Positions 60,792 to 64,000 of a DNA stretch of 64,000 nucleotides are shown here, one piece after another. Each line of letters opens with the position of its first letter. The first letter of the stretch is position 1. The position numbers and the translations under genes were made by a program. Origin of the DNA: Candidatus Poribacteria bacterium (GTDB taxonomy: Bacteria > Poribacteria > WGA-4E > WGA-3G); contig OZ243938.1 of assembly GCA_965214095.1 (NCBI GenBank), positions 4,832,001 through 4,896,000 of the forward strand, read 5' to 3'. The notes under the pieces are model-generated. The model had not been told where the DNA came from, made no database searches, and saw nothing but the letters and a program-made list of their open reading frames with translations.

Positions 60792-60997
60792 CATAGTAAG
60801 AATCATAATTATTTACACACTACGGTAGGTTCGGTTTCCTAACCGAACCGGTGTTTGTTCAGTGTAAGAATCATAATGGTTTACACACTACGGTAGGTTC
60901 GGTTTCCTAACCGAACTGGTGTTTGTTCAGTCTCATAAATGCGGTTAGGAAACCGCATCTACCGAAGAGTGTGCACGTATATTTACATTTCACCATA
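60792..60997 (+). mobile_element. Family A MITE-like element with an internal tandem duplication of its left arm
   Basis: gtaagaatcataat..tttacacactacggtaggttcggtttcctaaccgaac.ggtgtttgttcagt occurs twice (about 60796 and 60864); the element ends in ...catttcaccata. Confidence 0.85.
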
Positions 60998-61028
60998 ATA
61001 ATCAGACTATTAACTATAGGAACTATAA

Positions 61029-61979
61029 ATGACAGAAAATCAACCGCAAGAATCGGAAGGATCATCTGAAGAACAAGATTTCAGATCTGGATATGTAAGT
61101 ATTATCGGTGCACCGAATGTAGGGAAATCTACACTCCTGAATACAATCTTAGGACAGAAATTAGCAATCGTTACCCCCAAACCACAAACTACACGTAATC
61201 AAATTCGCGGCATTGTTACTACTGACACACATCAGATGATATTTGTTGATACACCAGGATTGATGGATCCTAAGTATCTTCTGCAATCTGAGATGGTACG
61301 AACTGCTTATGGTGCAATGCGTGATGCAGATGTCATTCTATTGGTTGTTGATGTATCACAGCAAAATGAAGCAATTGAAACAGAAATTATTAAAGAAATA
61401 AAACGTTTAAAAAGAGCCAAGAAGATACTCGTTCTAAATAAAGTAGATTTGGTTGACAAACGTACTCTCTTGCCACTCATTGAGGGTTTCAATGAGAAAT
61501 CTCTATTTGATGAAATTGTACCGATTTCTGCGAAAACGGGTGATGGTGTGCCTTCTCTCCTTGAACAAGTTGCGCCTTTCCTACCATTTGGTCCACTCTA
61601 TTATCCTGAAGACCAACTGAGTGATCTTCCAGAACGATTCTTTATTTCTGAAACTGTTAGAGAGAAGTTATTGCTCATAACAAAAAGGGAAGTACCCTAT
61701 TCTTGTGCAGTTGTGGTTGAGGAGTTTGAAAAACGACAACGAAGGAATTCGGATGAGATACTTTATATACGAGCTATTATTTATGCAGAAAAACAGACAC
61801 AAAAACAGATTATTATTGGAAAAGGTGGTAACATCGTTAAACAGGTGGGTGAATTAGCACGTCTTGATATAGAGAAGTTTTTGGAGACCCCAGTCTATTT
61901 AGAATTGTATGTAACAGTAAAGACTAATTGGCGAAGAGATACACAGAAACTAAAAGAGCTAGGTGGATTTTTAGAGTAA
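61029..61979 (+). CDS. era: GTPase Era
   Basis: GAPNVGKSTL, KPQTTR, DTPG and NKVD motifs; KH domain with IIIGKGG. Confidence 0.96.
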   Translation: MTENQPQESEGSSEEQDFRSGYVSIIGAPNVGKSTLLNTILGQKLAIVTPKPQTTRNQIRGIVTTDTHQMIFVDTPGLMDPKYLLQSEMVRTAYGAMRDADVILLVVDVSQQNEAIETEIIKEIKRLKRAKKILVLNKVDLVDKRTLLPLIEGFNEKSLFDEIVPISAKTGDGVPSLLEQVAPFLPFGPLYYPEDQLSDLPERFFISETVREKLLLITKREVPYSCAVVVEEFEKRQRRNSDEILYIRAIIYAEKQTQKQIIIGKGGNIVKQVGELARLDIEKFLETPVYLELYVTVKTNWRRDTQKLKELGGFLE

Positions 61980-61991
61980 ACAATTATATAT

Positions 61992-62094
61992 TATAGTGAA
62001 TTATAAATATAAGTTGACACTTTCAACCCACGGTAGGCGAGGTTTCCTAACCTCGCCGATGCAGAGTGTTCAAGTCATTTCAAAATCTACTATA
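61992..62094 (+). mobile_element. Family B MITE-like element (103 bp)
   Basis: Near-identical to 36987-37089; lies between era and uvrA. Confidence 0.85.
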
Positions 62095-62110
62095 TTGAGG
62101 TAATGATGCT

Positions 62111-64000
62111 ATGGCAGAAGCGTCAATTGAAATACACGGTGCAAGAGAACACAATCTAAAAAATATAGATATCAGCCTACCTAAGGATAAACTAATTGTA
62201 TTTACTGGCGTTAGTGGTTCGGGCAAATCATCACTTGCAATCGATACATTATATGCAGAAGGACAACGGCGTTACATTGAATCACTTTCAGCGTATGCAC
62301 GTCAGTTTTTAGGACAACTCGGTAAAGCCGAAGTAGACAAGATAGTAGGTTTATCCCCTTCAATAGCGATTGACCAAGGTTCATCAGGACATAATCCACG
62401 CTCAACGGTTGCCACAGTCACCGAAATTTACGATTATCTGAGAGTGCTATTTGCGCGTGCAGGTCAATTCCATTGTCTTGAATGTGACCAGTTAGTCGGT
62501 TCCCAAACAATTGCTGACATCGTATCACACATCCTCAGTTTTCCACCACGTTCACGATTAATGATATTAGCTCCGATTGTCAGAGGAAGACGGGGAGAAT
62601 ATCGGAAAGAGTTATCTGATGCCCGAAGGATGGGATTCGTTCGCGCAAGAATTGATGGGGAAGTCCACGAGATCAGCTCCAATATCGCACTCAACCCAAA
62701 TCAACGGCACAACATTGATATTGTTGTTGATAGAATAATTATCAAAGAAGACATTGATAGTCGTGTCGCTGAAGCAGTGGAAACAGCTCTTTCACTCGGT
62801 GATGATAGTCTGATTGTCAATGTTGTTGCTTCTAACCGTTCTACTACAACCAAAGCGGCAGAAAGTGAAGATTTTCTATTTAGCAGACAATATGCCTGTG
62901 TAGATTGTCAAATAAGTTACGATGTACCCGAACCTCGTCATTTCTCATTTAATAGTCCTTACGGAATGTGTCAACATTGTAGAGGATTGGGTGTGCAGAT
63001 GGCAATTTCACCCAAATTAATAGTAGCGGATGAATCACGCTCCATCTTGGATGGCGCATTAATTTTATGGGAAAAACCTGATCATCAGGAGAAAATGGTC
63101 CTACAGACCTTAGCATCACACCTTAAATTCAAAATTAACTCACCGTGGAAAGACTTAACAACGGATCAACAACATGCAATATTATATGGTACGGGTGATA
63201 AAGTCCTTTCATTTCGTGAACCTTCAAAAGGTCGTAGAAGGAATAGACGTATACGAGGAAGATTTCAAGGATTGATTCCAGCCCATGAAGAACGATTCCT
63301 ATCGTTGTATGTTAATGAAGAAGGCGGGGAATCATACCTGCCAGATTATTTCGCTAAAGCACCATGTAGAGAATGCAATGGATCACGGCTGAATAAAGTT
63401 GTAACAGGAGTTAAACTTACTGATGTAGATATTACTGAAGTTCTGAATATGTCAATTCAGGATGCGACGTCCTTTTTCAATGGTCTGAAACTATCTGAAC
63501 GACAGAATGTGATAGCTTCTGAACTCTTGAAAGAGATACGCACACGACTCGGTTTCCTTATGGATGTTGGATTAGGTTATCTCACGTTATCACGTTCTGC
63601 ACCAACACTATCGGGTGGCGAAGCACAAAGGATACGACTTGCAAGTCAAGTCGGTGCGGGGTTACGCGATGTTACGTATGTCCTTGATGAACCGAGCATC
63701 GGTCTACACCCGCGTGACCACGCAGGTTTGCTGAAAACACTTATTAATCTACGGAATCAAGGCAATACAGTCATCGTCGTTGAACACGACGAAGCAACAA
63801 TGTTGGTAGCGGACCTGATTGTTGATTTCGGTCCGGGGGCAGGGATTAGAGGCGGAGAAATTACCGGTATTGGCACACCAGACCAATTTAAAGAGACAGA
63901 TTCGCTTACAGCACAATATTTACGTGGTGATAAAGAAATTGTTCATCCAGAAGAACGGCGTCAGAATGATGATAAGTGGCTACAAATATGTAAAGCACAG
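62111..64000 (+). CDS. uvrA: Excinuclease ABC subunit A, N-terminal part (runs off the window end)
   Basis: Hand translation gives [67 protein letters not shown]...[17 protein letters not shown]...[13 protein letters not shown]. Confidence 0.96.
   Translation, partial: MAEASIEIHGAREHNLKNIDISLPKDKLIVFTGVSGSGKSSLAIDTLYAEGQRRYIESLSAYARQFLGQLGKAEVDKIVGLSPSIAIDQGSSGHNPRSTVATVTEIYDYLRVLFARAGQFHCLECDQLVGSQTIADIVSHILSFPPRSRLMILAPIVRGRRGEYRKELSDARRMGFVRARIDGEVHEISSNIALNPNQRHNIDIVVDRIIIKEDIDSRVAEAVETALSLGDDSLIVNVVASNRSTTTKAAESEDFLFSRQYACVDCQISYDVPEPRHFSFNSPYGMCQHCRGLGVQMAISPKLIVADESRSILDGALILWEKPDHQEKMVLQTLASHLKFKINSPWKDLTTDQQHAILYGTGDKVLSFREPSKGRRRNRRIRGRFQGLIPAHEERFLSLYVNEEGGESYLPDYFAKAPCRECNGSRLNKVVTGVKLTDVDITEVLNMSIQDATSFFNGLKLSERQNVIASELLKEIRTRLGFLMDVGLGYLTLSRSAPTLSGGEAQRIRLASQVGAGLRDVTYVLDEPSIGLHPRDHAGLLKTLINLRNQGNTVIVVEHDEATMLVADLIVDFGPGAGIRGGEITGIGTPDQFKETDSLTAQYLRGDKEIVHPEERRQNDDKWLQICKAQ

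Noticed and set aside
11124-60997. CRISPR array suggested by the recurring palindromic ggtttcctaacc repeats
   Set aside because: Copies are dispersed, occur as inverted pairs with conserved intervening sequence, and lack unique regular spacers; no cas genes are present.
62211-62694. Two minus-strand ORFs
   Set aside because: They are antisense to uvrA.

Overview
This is a 64-kb AT-rich bacterial window with no rRNA, tRNA or CRISPR array seen. The gene content resembles Candidatus Poribacteria (inference): secreted WD40/dockerin proteins with an 'NYPNPFNPETWIPY' C-terminal domain, a 'VEPxxKLxxxWxxLK' tail motif, several PhyH dioxygenases, Gfo/Idh/MocA oxidoreductases and DUF4159 proteins. Housekeeping genes (lysC, purB, era, uvrA) flank an accessory region whose genes all lie on the minus strand (about 19.7-58.4 kb). 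The main signal is five paralogous membrane-tethered ECF sigma factors (sigma2-sigma4, one TM helix, large extracytoplasmic sensor). Four carry BNR/Asp-box beta-propellers and one frameshifted copy carries a C-type lectin. None has an adjacent anti-sigma gene, each is preceded by the same ECF-type promoter motif (TGMAAY-N17/18-YRTCTW), and their DNA shows module swapping between paralogues. Other notable items: secreted WD40 proteins with cohesin/dockerin modules or hypervariable near-identical repeats; a PBP-OmpA/vWA/DUF4159 operon with no transporter; a degenerate primase/helicase-like 1134-aa protein; and many non-autonomous elements (GTAG-REP hairpins inside MITE-like ends, one element with a 19-bp flanking duplication, an IS982-like remnant).
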